Positions 34,755 through 45,925 are shown, counted from the stretch's first letter. The stretch is DNA of 64,000 nt from Alphaproteobacteria bacterium (GCA_051252005.1 JBPOEZ010000003.1:164984-228983), one strand, 5' to 3'. Translations and numbers: made by a program. Notes: generated by a model from the letters alone, not told the origin.

Positions 34755-35462
34755 ATGAAAACTATTCTTACCTTATGCGCCGGACTGCTTCTTATGAGTG
34801 CTAGTACCGCGAGCGCGCAGTCCTGTTGTAATACCCCGCAGGCTGGCCAGATATCCGTATCGGCCACAGGGCAGTCCTACCGCGTGCCTGACACGGCGAC
34901 AGTTTCGGCCGGCGTTGTAACCCAGGCTGCAACGGCGGGCGAGGCTATGGCCGCCAATTCGCGCCAAATGAACGCGACGTTTAACGCGCTTTTGCAAGCG
35001 GGTGTCGCGCAGCGTAACATTCAAACTTCTCAGCTCTCACTGCAGCCCCGTTATGACTATACGGACCGCCAAGCGCCTAAAATCACGGGCTATGAGGCGC
35101 GCAACACGGTGACAGCGAAAAGCGAGAACCTCGAAAGTGTCGGCGCAATGCTCGACGCGCTAGTCCGCGCGGGCGCGAATAACATTAACGGCGTGACGTT
35201 CTCGATTAAAAATCCTGAGGCGGCGAAATCTGAAGCCCGCGCTATGGCGATCCAAAACGCCCGCAGACAGGCCGAAGAAATGGCGGGCGCAGCGGGCATA
35301 CGGCTTGGGCGCATTGTGAGCCTCACAGAATCAGGCGGCTACAATCAACCCCGCCCTATGATGATGTCCGCGCGCGCTGATAGCATGGAAAGCACGCCCG
35401 TGGCTGCCGGTGAGCAAGCGCTGTCCGTGACTGTCAACATTACCTACGAAATTGTGCAATAA
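34755..35462 (+). CDS. SIMPL (DUF541) domain periplasmic protein
   Basis: Signal peptide. GYEARNTVTAK and AIQNARRQAEEMAGAAG motifs. Confidence 0.75.
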   Translation: MKTILTLCAGLLLMSASTASAQSCCNTPQAGQISVSATGQSYRVPDTATVSAGVVTQAATAGEAMAANSRQMNATFNALLQAGVAQRNIQTSQLSLQPRYDYTDRQAPKITGYEARNTVTAKSENLESVGAMLDALVRAGANNINGVTFSIKNPEAAKSEARAMAIQNARRQAEEMAGAAGIRLGRIVSLTESGGYNQPRPMMMSARADSMESTPVAAGEQALSVTVNITYEIVQ

Positions 35463-35492
35463 AACCTTAGACGCAAAACATTTCAATAAACG

Positions 35493-35521
35493 AAAGCCGC
35501 CCTCTGAAGGCGGCTTTTTTT
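35493..35521 (+). terminator. Rho-independent terminator
   Basis: AAGCCGCC-ctctga-aGGCGGCTT followed by a T7 run. Confidence 0.75.
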
Positions 35522-35555
35522 ATGCTTCGAATATTATGGCTAGGGTGCGTTCAGC

Positions 35556-35945
35556 TCAATCTTCAACATCACGGGATTGGACATCACGATGTCCGGCTTC
35601 TCGGGCCTGGTTCACCCATTGCAGGCTAAACATAATGCCGCGTAGAGGTCTAAGGAGCGCAAGACAGCTCATGACAAGGATGGGCATCCAGATCAGCATG
35701 GTGAGCCACATAGGCGCATCTGTGATGAGCTGAAAGGCGAGCGCGAGGGGAATGATAACAATCCCGACGATGAGGATAACAAAGACGGCTGGCCCGTCGC
35801 CCGCATCCTCAATATCAAAATCAGCACCGCAGCCTTCGCAGCGCTGAGAAAACTTTAGAAAACCATCAAATAAAGCTCCCTCCCCGCAAGCAGGACACCG
35901 ACCTTTTAGGCCGGTGGTAAAGGGTGACAAAGTGGGTTTCGTCAA
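35556..35945 (-). CDS. DUF983-family protein
   Basis: CPACGEGALFDGFLKFSQRCEGCGADF zinc-ribbon-like motif plus 2 TM helices. The position after ctaE is typical. Confidence 0.75.
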   Translation of the reverse strand: MTKPTLSPFTTGLKGRCPACGEGALFDGFLKFSQRCEGCGADFDIEDAGDGPAVFVILIVGIVIIPLALAFQLITDAPMWLTMLIWMPILVMSCLALLRPLRGIMFSLQWVNQAREAGHRDVQSRDVED

Positions 35946-35952
35946 AGCTTAG

Positions 35953-36906
35953 TTAGCTAAAGGCGACGTAGATAAAGGCAAACAAGAAGAGCCATACCAC
36001 GTCAACAAAGTGCCAATACCAAGCGGCTGCTTCGAGGCCGAAATGCTTCTGCGGTGTAAAGCCGCCGCGTATAAGACGCAGGTAACACACGAAGAGGAAG
36101 ATCGTACCGATCAAAACATGCAGACCGTGGAAACCTGTCGCAAGGAAGAACGCAGACCCGTAAACATTTGTCGAGAGCCAGAAAGAGCCGCCCGCACCGT
36201 CAATATCACGGTGAGCAAAAGCTTCCATATATTCAACGCCTTGAAGGTAGGTAAAGAATATACCGAGGATAACCGTCAGTAATAACCCCCACTTCGCGCC
36301 CTTACGGTCGCCATGGATCAAGGCATGGTGCGCCCAAGTTACGGTCGTTCCAGACAGTAGCAATACCAATGTATTCATAAGCGGCAAATGCCATGGATTG
36401 ATGGTTTCAATACCGGGCGGCGGCCAGCTTTCATAACCCGCAGCCGTTTCTAGAATATCTGGGTTCCATTTGGCGCGGACTTTGTGGAAAAGGCCGAGCT
36501 CGAAAAACATCCAGAACCATCCAACAAAGAACATAGCTTCTTGCATGATGAACATGATCATGCCGTAGCGTAGACCAATATCAACAACTGGCGTATGATC
36601 ACCGGCTGCAGATTCACGGGCCACATCACGCCACCAACCGAACATTACATACGCGGCAAACAAAGTTCCTAAGACGAGGATAATCCAGCCACCATTAGAA
36701 ACATCGCGGCCTTGCAGCGTCGGCAAACCGCGCGCAAAGAAAAACTCCATCATGGTGTTAGGGTCAGCCGGATTTCGCTCTACGAGTCCTGCAAAAAATG
36801 TGACCATGCCCAAACCCCAAACGAGGCAGGCACAACCAGACAGGAAGGGCCAAGGGCTGGGCGGTATTAGGTGATAGTCATGTTCTACGACGGCATGTCC
36901 AGCCAT
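35953..36906 (-). CDS. ctaE: Cytochrome c oxidase subunit III
   Basis: Track ORF extends to 36936. The ATG at 36906 is preferred because GGAGGG lies upstream. HDYHLIPPSPWPF is the typical N-terminus. Confidence 0.85.
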   Translation of the reverse strand: MAGHAVVEHDYHLIPPSPWPFLSGCACLVWGLGMVTFFAGLVERNPADPNTMMEFFFARGLPTLQGRDVSNGGWIILVLGTLFAAYVMFGWWRDVARESAAGDHTPVVDIGLRYGMIMFIMQEAMFFVGWFWMFFELGLFHKVRAKWNPDILETAAGYESWPPPGIETINPWHLPLMNTLVLLLSGTTVTWAHHALIHGDRKGAKWGLLLTVILGIFFTYLQGVEYMEAFAHRDIDGAGGSFWLSTNVYGSAFFLATGFHGLHVLIGTIFLFVCYLRLIRGGFTPQKHFGLEAAAWYWHFVDVVWLFLFAFIYVAFS

Positions 36907-36988
36907 ATGATCCCTCCGCGGATTCGCGTAATTCAATATTTATAAGATGCTATAGCCAAGCGAGCGCTGACCTGCAACATCCTAGTTT

Positions 36989-37564
36989 TCAGTTTAAGGC
37001 ATCGCGGCCTTGCGCCGCAGGGGATGCCTCTTTTTTTATTTCTGGGTTTTCAACCCGGAAAAATGTGTAGGACAGCGTAATATCCTTAACGTCCTTTAAG
37101 CGTTCTTCTTCGTCCAGAGTAGAGTCCACATAGAATAAAACCGGCATGGAAACTTCTTGCCCCGGTTCTATGCGCTGCTCTGTGAAGCAAAAGCACTCTG
37201 TTTTAACGAAATAGGTCGCTGCTTTCATCGGCGTCACGTTAAACGTTGCCGTGCCAGTGATGGCTTCATTCGATACATTTTTGACCTTGTAATAGGCAAG
37301 CCCTGACTGACCCAGGTGTAGCTCCATAGAGGCTTGTTCGGGTACAAAATCCCAAGGCAATCCCATAGAGACATTCGAGTCAAAGCTAACTTTGACCATC
37401 CGGTCAATGACTTCGCTTGTATTGGCATCAGCCTTCTGGGTTGTTCCCCCAAAGCCAGTGACCTTACAAAACGTATCGTAAAGCGGCTTGGATGCGAACC
37501 CGAGCCCTAACATCCCAAAGGCAACAGCGACTAAGACTAATCTTATATGTTGGTTACGGCCCAT
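36989..37564 (-). CDS. ctaG: Cytochrome c oxidase assembly protein CtaG/Cox11
   Basis: LYDTFCKVTGFGGTT and CFCF motifs. Confidence 0.9.
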   Translation of the reverse strand: MGRNQHIRLVLVAVAFGMLGLGFASKPLYDTFCKVTGFGGTTQKADANTSEVIDRMVKVSFDSNVSMGLPWDFVPEQASMELHLGQSGLAYYKVKNVSNEAITGTATFNVTPMKAATYFVKTECFCFTEQRIEPGQEVSMPVLFYVDSTLDEEERLKDVKDITLSYTFFRVENPEIKKEASPAAQGRDALN

Positions 37565-37566
37565 GC

Positions 37567-37710
37567 TTAAATAGCGCCGACGCGAGCGAGCATAGAAAAG
37601 AACACGAACACCATAAAAGCAGCAAGCAGCAAGCCTATGGCGACGTTACGTTTACGGCGCGCGGATAGCTCTGCTTCTGTTGGCTGGTAGGTTGTTAGAT
37701 CATCAGACAT
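37567..37710 (-). CDS. Small single-TM protein (47 aa) between ctaB and ctaG, below the ORF-track cutoff
   Basis: Hand translation: [47 protein letters not shown]. Its ATG overlaps the ctaB stop (TAATG), and its stop lies 2 nt before the ctaG ATG. Confidence 0.55.
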   Translation of the reverse strand: MSDDLTTYQPTEAELSARRKRNVAIGLLLAAFMVFVFFSMLARVGAI

Positions 37711-38726
37711 TAGGTCAATCCCCGCATCAAATTCTCCGCCGCAAGAACGCCGAATGTTACAAACAAATAGAGTAGCGAGAACGCGAAGAGATTACGCGCC
37801 GCAAGGTCGCCAGCTTTGACAGCGTAGAGCGACGCTTCGTCTGCGCTATCGGCCTGTTCGCCCGCGCGTGACCGCCAGACTTTAAAGGCAAGGGCGACAA
37901 AGCTAAGATTGAGAACCGCCGCAACAAAGCCGTAAAGCATGCCGCCAAGTCCAGTCATAAACGGGATAGCGCAAACAACAGCTAGTACAACGGCATAGGC
38001 AAAAATTTGAAACCGCGTGGATGCCGCGCCTTTAACATTGGGCATCATCGGAATTCCAACTTTGGCGTAATCCCCAGTTTTATAAAGCGCGAGAGCCCAA
38101 AAATGCGGCGGCGTCCAGAGAAAAATAATCAAAAACAACGCAAAGGAATTGAGCGATACATCGCCGGTAACCGCAGCCCAGCCAATCATCGGCGGGAGCG
38201 CGCCGGGGGCGCCGCCAATAACAATGTTTTGCGGGGTACTGCGCTTTAGCCACATCGTGTAAATGACGGCATAGAAGAAAATAGTGAAAGCCAATAGCCC
38301 AGCGGCGACGGCGTTTGTCGTGTGGTAAAGCGCCCAAACTGAGATGACAGAGAGTAAGAAGCCAAACGTCAGAGCGGTCCCTGCTTTCACGCTTCCGCGC
38401 GGAACGGGACGTGTTTTCGTGCGGGACATTTTCGCGTCAATATCGGCGTCATACCACATATTAAGCGCGGCAGATGCTCCCGCGCCAACGGCGATGCAAA
38501 GAATTGCGGCAAACGCTTTGAACAAAGAAATTTCGCCTGGCGCGCAGACAAGTCCGGCCCATGCTGTGAACACTACCAAAGACATAACGCGCGGTTTCAT
38601 CAGCGCAAAATAGTCACGAGGCTCCGCCGCGCCAAGAATCAAGGCGGCCGCTTTACCAGATGAGGCAAAGGCCGGATCTGTCTCCAGTCCGGCCTCTGAC
38701 GCTTTTATGTCAGCAGATATGGTCAA
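37710..38726 (-). CDS. ctaB: Protoheme IX farnesyltransferase (heme O synthase)
   Basis: UbiA-family motifs [19 protein letters not shown]. Confidence 0.9.
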   Translation of the reverse strand: MTISADIKASEAGLETDPAFASSGKAAALILGAAEPRDYFALMKPRVMSLVVFTAWAGLVCAPGEISLFKAFAAILCIAVGAGASAALNMWYDADIDAKMSRTKTRPVPRGSVKAGTALTFGFLLSVISVWALYHTTNAVAAGLLAFTIFFYAVIYTMWLKRSTPQNIVIGGAPGALPPMIGWAAVTGDVSLNSFALFLIIFLWTPPHFWALALYKTGDYAKVGIPMMPNVKGAASTRFQIFAYAVVLAVVCAIPFMTGLGGMLYGFVAAVLNLSFVALAFKVWRSRAGEQADSADEASLYAVKAGDLAARNLFAFSLLYLFVTFGVLAAENLMRGLT

Positions 38727-38735
38727 ATCATATCC

Positions 38736-40358
38736 TTAGTGATGATTGTCTTTACCGATAACCGGCAAAGTGTTGAACTGGTGGTACGGCGGAGGAGAAG
38801 ACAGTGTCCACTCCAATGTCGTCGCGCCCTCGCCCCAGTAATTATCACCAACGCGCTTACGCTGAATGAAAGACGCGATGAGCATACAGAAGAAGAAGAA
38901 CACACCAGCAAGCGTGATAAACGCACCGATAGATGAGACATAGTTCCAGTGAGCAAACTCTTCAGGGTAATCCACGTAACGTCGCGGCATGCCCTGCATT
39001 CCAAGGAAATGCTGCGGGAAGAACACGACGTTCACGCCAACGAAGAAGAACCAGAAGTGAAGCGTCGCAAAGAAGCGGTTATACTGATAGCCGCTCATTT
39101 TACCGAACCAGTAATAGAAGCCGCAGAAGATACCAAACACAGCGCCCATTGAGAGCACGTAATGGAAGTGAGCAACAACATAATATGTATCGTGCAGGGC
39201 CGCATCAATACCCGCATTAGCGAGCATAACGCCGGTCACACCGCCAATAACGAAGAGGAAGATAAAGGCAATCGCCCACATCATCGGGATCGTATAACGG
39301 ATTGACCCGCCCCACATAGTCGCGAGCCATGAGAAGATTTTAACACCTGTTGGCACCGCAATCACCATGGTCGCCGCAAGGAAGTAAGCCTTAAGGTTCA
39401 CATCCATACCGACCGTATACATGTGGTGAGCCCAGACAACGAAGCCGACAACACCGATGGCAACCATCGCGTAAGCCATGCCGAGATAACCAAAGATCGG
39501 CTTTCTCGAGAACGTTGAAATAACATGCGAAACGATACCGAAAGCCGGCAAGATCATGATGTATACTTCAGGGTGACCAAAAAACCAGAACAAGTGCTGA
39601 TACATAACCGGATCGCCGCCCATGGACGGGTCGAAAAAGCCAGTACCGCCTGGAATACGGTCAGTGAAGAGCATGAACAAAGATGCCGCGAGAACGGGAA
39701 GCGCCAAGAGAAGCAAGAAAGCTGTCACAAGAACAGACCACGCAAACAATGGCATTTTATGCATTGTCATGCCCGGCGCGCGCATATTCAAAATTGTCGT
39801 GATGAAGTTAATCGCGCCAAAAATAGACGAGAAGCCAGCCGCAAGAAGACCTATGATAATAAAATCAAACGCCGGCCCCGGCGATCCGGTCGTCGACAAC
39901 GGCGGATACATCACCCACGAGCCTCCAAAGCCGTCTCCAGACGCGCTGCCTGGGACGAAGAATGAAATCATCAAACAAATCAGCGCAACAGGAAGAAGCC
40001 AGAACGACAGATTGTTCATACGCGGGAACGCCATATCAGGCGCGCCAATCATAAGTGGCACGAACCAATTACCAAACCCGCCAATAACGGCTGGCATCAC
40101 CATGAAGAAGATCATGATAAGACCGTGCATCGAAACATAGACGTTAAAGGTATAAAGATCGTGGAAGTGCTGAATACCAGGTTCCATCAACTCTAAGCGC
40201 ATCATGAAGGATAAATATCCGCCAATCAGACCCGCAAGTATCGAGAACATTAAATAGAGCGTACCAATGTCTTTGTGGTTTGTTGAATAAAACCAACGCG
40301 CAAAAAAGGCTGGTTTGCCATCATCATGTGCGGCGTCGCCGCCATATCCTGCTGCCAT
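38736..40358 (-). CDS. ctaD: Cytochrome c oxidase subunit I
   Basis: [10 protein letters not shown] and HHMYTVG motifs, with the canonical His ligands. Confidence 0.95.
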   Translation of the reverse strand: MAAGYGGDAAHDDGKPAFFARWFYSTNHKDIGTLYLMFSILAGLIGGYLSFMMRLELMEPGIQHFHDLYTFNVYVSMHGLIMIFFMVMPAVIGGFGNWFVPLMIGAPDMAFPRMNNLSFWLLPVALICLMISFFVPGSASGDGFGGSWVMYPPLSTTGSPGPAFDFIIIGLLAAGFSSIFGAINFITTILNMRAPGMTMHKMPLFAWSVLVTAFLLLLALPVLAASLFMLFTDRIPGGTGFFDPSMGGDPVMYQHLFWFFGHPEVYIMILPAFGIVSHVISTFSRKPIFGYLGMAYAMVAIGVVGFVVWAHHMYTVGMDVNLKAYFLAATMVIAVPTGVKIFSWLATMWGGSIRYTIPMMWAIAFIFLFVIGGVTGVMLANAGIDAALHDTYYVVAHFHYVLSMGAVFGIFCGFYYWFGKMSGYQYNRFFATLHFWFFFVGVNVVFFPQHFLGMQGMPRRYVDYPEEFAHWNYVSSIGAFITLAGVFFFFCMLIASFIQRKRVGDNYWGEGATTLEWTLSSPPPYHQFNTLPVIGKDNHH

Positions 40359-40367
40359 GATCAGTTC

Positions 40368-41213
40368 CTACTTCTTCGCGGCGGACATAAACGTCCCGCC
40401 AGTTACATTTGAGGCCAAGTCCGTATTCAGAACGCCGTCATTCGCCACAAAGGCTTCAAACGCTGATTTACTGACCACTTTAATTTCAATCGGCATATAC
40501 GCATGGCGTACGCCGCATATCTCGGAACACTGTCCGTAATATGTACCTTCTTTACCGGCGTTTACTTTGAACCAAGTTTCGTTGATGCGCCCTGGAACGG
40601 CATCAATTTTAATACCAAAAGCAGGCATAGCAAACGCATGGATATTATTGTTGGACGTCACAAGCACCTTAACAACCGTATCGACAGGCACGACAAGCGG
40701 CGCGTCAGAACCGAGCAAGTAAGGCTTGCCCGCAGCAATAGCGTCTTCTTTTTCAAGAACATTTGAAACGAACGAGTCGATATTTTCAAACCCGGGATAA
40801 GAATATTCCCAGTTCCATGTATTGCCCGTCGCCTTAATGGTCATTTCAGCTTCAGGAATATCGTCCTGCAAATAAAGGAGCTGCATACTTGGGACGACCA
40901 TCACAAGCAAAATAGCAACCGGAGCGATCGTCCAGATAATTTCGATCAACGCATTGTGTGACGTTTTGGACGGAACAGGGTTCGCCTTCTCGCGGAACCT
41001 AATCATAATGAAGAGCAGTAGTACCGTAACAAAAATGGTAATCGCAGCGATGATTGGGAAGACCATCGTGTTATGGAACCAAGTCAAGCGCTCCATCACA
41101 GGCGTAACTGCCTCTTGGAAGCCTATATCGCCGTCAACGGGTATAGCTGCGAAGGCTGTGTTGGCAAATGCCGCTATAGCAGAGCCAGTTAGAAAAAGAC
41201 GTGTTAGACGCAT
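40368..41213 (-). CDS. ctaC: Cytochrome c oxidase subunit II
   Basis: CuA motif HAFAMP...CSEICGVRHAYMP. Confidence 0.95.
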   Translation of the reverse strand: MRLTRLFLTGSAIAAFANTAFAAIPVDGDIGFQEAVTPVMERLTWFHNTMVFPIIAAITIFVTVLLLFIMIRFREKANPVPSKTSHNALIEIIWTIAPVAILLVMVVPSMQLLYLQDDIPEAEMTIKATGNTWNWEYSYPGFENIDSFVSNVLEKEDAIAAGKPYLLGSDAPLVVPVDTVVKVLVTSNNNIHAFAMPAFGIKIDAVPGRINETWFKVNAGKEGTYYGQCSEICGVRHAYMPIEIKVVSKSAFEAFVANDGVLNTDLASNVTGGTFMSAAKK

Positions 41214-41406
41214 GAATGCCCCTCAAGTTTTGTGCGCGGCATTATTTGCCGCAAATTTGCCTGTGTATACGCATAAAAGCCACGCGGGTCAGCCCTTTGA
41301 CTCGCGCGGATTGTCGCATTTGCCCTAGACTATCTCGCGCGGCCCCTTAAATAAAGCCGTAAGACAAAGAAAAATAAGATTTTTAAGTTTGATCGAAGAC
41401 ACGCCT

Positions 41407-42822
41407 ATGACCGATTTCGTATTTGATGACAGTGACCTGTCCTCCAGTTTTGCGCAAAAATGCGTGGACGAAGTCATGACAGGCGCCGACGACGGCGAGC
41501 TTTTCATTGAACGCGGCATCTCAGAATCGCTGACATTTGACGATGGACGCCTTAAAAACGCTAGTTTTGACACTTCCCGCGGGTTTGGCCTGCGCTGCGT
41601 CGCGGGAGAAACGACAGGTTTCGCCCAAGGTACGGACCTCAGCCCCGCAGCCTTAACTCGCGCGTCCAACGCCGTAATCATGGCGAAATCAGGTTACTCT
41701 GGCACGCTCGCGCCTTCGCCTCAACGGACAAACCGCAAGCTCTATTCCGACATTGACCCAGTCAGCCATCCTGAATTTGCAGGCAAAGTTGAGCTTTTAC
41801 AGGAAATCGACGCTTATTGCCGAAGCCTATCTGATTCGATTGTACAAGTATCCGCCACAGTAAGCGGAGAGCGGCGCGCTATTTCCATTATCCGAGCAGG
41901 CGGAGCGCGATTCGATGATATGCGCCCCCTCGTCCGCATCAGCATCTCTATCACGGCCGAAAAAGACGGCCGCCGAGAAACTGGATTCGCAGGCGCCGGT
42001 GGCCGCACCTCATATGAACGCTATATTGACCCTGCTCATTGGAAACCGCTAGCGCAAGAAGCCCTACGCCAAGCCGAAGTCAATTTGCGCGCCGTCCCTG
42101 CCCCCGCCGGACAGATGGATGTTGTACTCGGCCCTGGCTGGCCCGGCGTCTTACTCCACGAAGCAATCGGACACGGCCTAGAAGGTGATTTCATTCGCAA
42201 AGGCACTTCGGCGTTTGCGGGTATGATCGGGCAGCGCGTCGCAGCGCCCGGTGTTACGATTGTAGATGACGGCTCTATACCTGATCTTCGCGGCTCGCTC
42301 ACTATGGACGATGAAGGCACGCCGACATCGCGCACCACCCTTATCGAAGACGGTATCTTAAAAGGCTTTATGCAAGACCGCATGAATGCCCGCTTGCTCG
42401 GCGTTCCGGCCACAGGCAATGGCCGCCGTGAAAGCTTTGCCCACGCCCCCATGCCGCGTATGACCAACACCTTTATGCTTGGCGGCGACAAAGACCCTGC
42501 GGAAATTGTTGCTGACCTTAAAGACGGCATCTATGCCACCAACTTCGGCGGCGGACAGGTCGACATCACCTCTGGAAAATTCGTCTTCCAGTGCACAGAG
42601 GCCTATAGAGTCCGTAATGGTAAAATCGAAGAACCCGTCACAGGCGCGACGCTTATCGGCGACGGGCCAACCGTGCTCACCCAAATCCGGCACCTCGGCA
42701 ATGATATGGAACTTGATCCCGGTATCGGAGTCTGCGGCAAAGCCGGACAAGGCGTCCCTGTCGGCGTAGGACAGCCCACGGTCTATGTCGAAAACCTCAC
42801 CGTAGGTGGCAGCGCGGTTTAG
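41407..42822 (+). CDS. tldD: Metalloprotease TldD
   Basis: HEAIGHGLEGD motif. Track ORF starts at the TTG at 41389; the ATG at 41407 is preferred. Confidence 0.9.
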   Translation: MTDFVFDDSDLSSSFAQKCVDEVMTGADDGELFIERGISESLTFDDGRLKNASFDTSRGFGLRCVAGETTGFAQGTDLSPAALTRASNAVIMAKSGYSGTLAPSPQRTNRKLYSDIDPVSHPEFAGKVELLQEIDAYCRSLSDSIVQVSATVSGERRAISIIRAGGARFDDMRPLVRISISITAEKDGRRETGFAGAGGRTSYERYIDPAHWKPLAQEALRQAEVNLRAVPAPAGQMDVVLGPGWPGVLLHEAIGHGLEGDFIRKGTSAFAGMIGQRVAAPGVTIVDDGSIPDLRGSLTMDDEGTPTSRTTLIEDGILKGFMQDRMNARLLGVPATGNGRRESFAHAPMPRMTNTFMLGGDKDPAEIVADLKDGIYATNFGGGQVDITSGKFVFQCTEAYRVRNGKIEEPVTGATLIGDGPTVLTQIRHLGNDMELDPGIGVCGKAGQGVPVGVGQPTVYVENLTVGGSAV

Positions 42823-42954
42823 AGTGCGAGTTCGTAGCGACTACGCCTCTACATGAACTGAAAATAACAGCCATTTCGCGACCTGAAATTCGCCCTCGCC
42901 TAAAACCGTCACGCTCTCTATAGAAGACGTGTAAGAAAATTGGAGGGCTTAAAC

Positions 42955-43620
42955 ATGGCTATGAACTTACTTGATATGATTATGCAGGCACAAGGCGGCG
43001 CATCTGCGCAGCAAGCTGGGCAAACTTTAGGACTTGATCAGTCTCAAACACAAAAAGCGATTGCGGCGCTTCTGCCTGCTGTTTCGTCTGCACTCAAACA
43101 AAACACAAGCTCACCACAGGGCCTCGCAGGGCTTTTGGGCGCTCTGCAAAACGGCAATCACAGCCAGTATATTGACCAGCCGGAAGCGCTAGCACGGCCT
43201 GAAACTGTCGCAAACGGTAACGCCATCCTTGGACATCTTTTTGGGTCCAAAGAAGTCAGCCGCGCTGTTGCAGGACGCGCCTCAGAACAAAGCGGCATCA
43301 GCAGTGACCTACTTAAGAAAATGCTCCCGCTTGTCGCGACTATGGCGATGGGTAGCCTCTCGAAGCAAACACAAGCGCCTGATATGAAATCACAGCTTGC
43401 GCAAATGGCCATGTCTCAAATGATGGGCGGTAGCGCGAAATCCGGCGGACTTGGCGGATTACTCGGCGGCCTCCTCGGCGGCGGAGCGAAAAAGCAACAA
43501 GCTCAAGCGCAACAAAGCCATCAACAAGGCCTCGGCATGCTCGGTAAAATGCTCGACGCAGACGGCGACGGCAGCATGATGGATGACATCCTGCAAATGG
43601 CGATGAATAGCCGCCGCTAA
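42955..43620 (+). CDS. DUF937-family protein
   Basis: N-terminal MNLLDMIMQAQGG..AIAALLPAV. GGAGG lies 8 nt before the ATG at 42955. Confidence 0.7.
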   Translation: MAMNLLDMIMQAQGGASAQQAGQTLGLDQSQTQKAIAALLPAVSSALKQNTSSPQGLAGLLGALQNGNHSQYIDQPEALARPETVANGNAILGHLFGSKEVSRAVAGRASEQSGISSDLLKKMLPLVATMAMGSLSKQTQAPDMKSQLAQMAMSQMMGGSAKSGGLGGLLGGLLGGGAKKQQAQAQQSHQQGLGMLGKMLDADGDGSMMDDILQMAMNSRR

Positions 43621-43642
43621 AACCGGCCCTTATTAAATGCGG

Positions 43643-43674
43643 AAAGCCCGGCTCATTGAGCCGGGCTTTTTTTG
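43643..43674. terminator. Bidirectional rho-independent terminator between convergent genes
   Basis: AAAGCCCGGCTC-att-GAGCCGGGCTTTTTTT. Confidence 0.8.
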
Positions 43675-43694
43675 CATCTAAAATTTGAAACTGA

Positions 43695-45812
43695 TTATTC
43701 GTGACCAACAGGCTCCATCATGTTCGCGGCATCAACTTCGACTTCGTCCATCCAGCGCTTCACGATTGGAGAGATTAAGAGCATAAGAACGCCGATACCC
43801 ATACCGATATAACCGATAGACGAGAACACTTGAATATAGTTCTTCTTAGCTCCCGCCACATCAACGATTTGTCCGCCAACAGTTTCAGCACCCGCTGCCG
43901 CAGCGATGACGCCGGACATAGCATTACCTAATCCAGAATAAACAAACCAACCGGCCATAAACAAGCCTACGAGTTTGGCTGGCGCTAGTTTGGTCATTGC
44001 AGAGAGACCTACTGGGCTGAGCATGAGCTCGGCCATAGTATGTACCCAATAGATCGCGAAGATAAAGAACACAGGCGTTAGGGCCGCAGGTCCTACTGAC
44101 TTCATACCAAAGACAAGAACCATATAACCAAGACCCGCGCCAAATACGCCAAGAGCAAACTTAACGGGTGTAGAAGGTTCCCATTTCCGTTTAGCGAGCC
44201 ATATCCATAACCACGCAACAATCGGCGCGAAGATAAAGATAAAACCAGCGTTCAGAGACTGGAAGACAGGTGTTGGAACATCCCAGCCAGCAATATTCGT
44301 ATTGACCAAGCGGCTCGTTACAAGTGTGAGCGATGACCCAGCTTGTTCAAACAATGACCAGAAAGGAATTTGAGCAACGGCGAAATAGAGAGCGGCCCAC
44401 ATCCGTGTCCGCGCTCGCCCTTTAAGCTTGATAAATGAGTAAGCGATGAAGCCTGCGAAAAACGCTACCCCAACAAAAGCGGCGATCGGGCCAATAACTT
44501 TCGCGTAGTTAAGTAGTGTCATACAAAGAATTACAACAATGACCGCAGACAAGTAACAGGCCCATTCGACATTGATCGGGCCAAGCACTTTTTCTTTGAG
44601 CTTAGTAACAGACGGAGGATTTGCCACGCCTTTGAGCCAACCTTGGCCAAAATGGAAGACAAGCAAACCAAAGAGCATACCGATACCCGCTAGCCCAAAG
44701 CCCCAAGCCCAACCATAAACGATCCCAAGAATACCACACGACCATGTCGCTAAGAAACTACCGAGGTTGATACCCATATAGAAGAGCGTGAAGCCACCGT
44801 CACGTCTTGGATCACCTTTCGGGTACAAGTCACCAACAATAGTAGAAATATTGGGCTTTAAGAAACCCACGCCAGCGATAATCAAGGCCAACGAAAGGAA
44901 CAGAATGTTGACATAGAGGGGCTGTTTTTCAATAGACGTACTGTAGTCACCTTCTGCTACAACTGTTAGCGGCGTGCTAATTTCAGCCGTTTCATCATTA
45001 TCATCTTCAAAGGCATGAACCTCAAAAGGCGCGCCTACAGCATCACGTCTAACTTTAATAACGTCGCGGCTATCAGATTGTAATAGAACGATGTCACTAG
45101 AAGTTTTTTCGGCGAAGACAACATCGTTACCAGCGTAAGAAATAACCATATCAGCTCCGCTCTCAGTTTCCCGAAGCGTGACTGGATAGGTTGTCTCATT
45201 TATAACAATTTCAGTAAAGGGATCAGGTCCAGCGCAGCCTAAGCCGACAACATTACAAATATTTTGAATAACACCCCGTGTTGTACGGTTGATAATATAA
45301 TCACCATTACCATCATCGCCTATAGGCACCAAACGCTGCCCAGAAAGCGTTACGAACTTATCTGTATCAAAGACCATACGGCGGTTTTGACCATCATAAT
45401 CGATGAAGAGTTTCCGGTGCTTATCACGGGCTTCGTCTTGAATTTCATAGGCGCTATCATTGAAACTCAAGGTTTCAACGGAACCAGCACCTTCAAAGGC
45501 CATGCCGAAGTGCCCGAGGACAAGAAGTATAGCGCCGTATGTGACGGCCTTGCGCTGTCCAAGATATCGATCGGATAAAATACCGCCAACCATAGACATA
45601 ATATAGACGAGCGCGATGTAGCCGCCATATATAAGATTAGCTTCGGTATCCGAGAACAAGAAGTGTTGAACCAGATACAGGGTCAGAAGACCGCGCATTC
45701 CATAATAGGAAAAACGTTCCCACATTTCTGTTAAAAAGCAAATTACGAGACCTCTTGGATGACCCAAGAAGGTTTCCTCTTCGCGTGGCACGGCTACAGT
45801 ATCAGTCATACG
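43695..45812 (-). CDS. POT/PTR2-family peptide:proton symporter with a large inserted loop domain
   Basis: WERFSYYGMRGLLTLYL signature. The ATG at 45812 (after GGGGGGAG) is preferred over the track start at 45866. A soluble insert of ~190 aa follows GHFGMAFEG. Confidence 0.8.
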   Translation of the reverse strand, partial: RMTDTVAVPREEETFLGHPRGLVICFLTEMWERFSYYGMRGLLTLYLVQHFLFSDTEANLIYGGYIALVYIMSMVGGILSDRYLGQRKAVTYGAILLVLGHFGMAFEGAGSVETLSFNDSAYEIQDEARDKHRKLFIDYDGQNRRMVFDTDKFVTLSGQRLVPIGDDGNGDYIINRTTRGVIQNICNVVGLGCAGPDPFTEIVINETTYPVTLRETESGADMVISYAGNDVVFAEKTSSDIVLLQSDSRDVIKVRRDAVGAPFEVHAFEDDNDETAEISTPLTVVAEGDYSTSIEKQPLYVNILFLSLALIIAGVGFLKPNISTIVGDLYPKGDPRRDGGFTLFYMGINLGSFLATWSCGILGIVYGWAWGFGLAGIGMLFGLLVFHFGQGWLKGVANPPSVTKLKEKVLGPINVEWACYLSAVIVVILCMTLLNYAKVIGPIAAFVGVAFFAGFIAYSFIKLKGRARTRMWAALYFAVAQIPFWSLFEQAGSSLTLVTSRLVNTNIAGWDVPTPVFQSLNAGFIFIFAPIVAWLWIWLAKRKWEPSTPVKFALGVFGAGLGYMVLVFGMKSVGPAALTPVFFIFAIYWVHTMAELMLSPVGLSAMTKLAPAKLVGLFMAGWFVYSGLGNAMSGVIAAAAGAETVGGQIVDVAGAKKNYIQVFSSIGYIGMGIGVLMLLISPIVKRWMDEVEVDAANMMEPVGHE

Positions 45813-45925
45813 ACTCCCCCCGGGAAATTCGTTAATGTTATATTTTGCGATCCTCATGCCCTGCAATTAACCGTCACTCAAGTATTTTTTGAAAAATTGG
45901 TATATGTCAAAATTTTAACTTTCAA

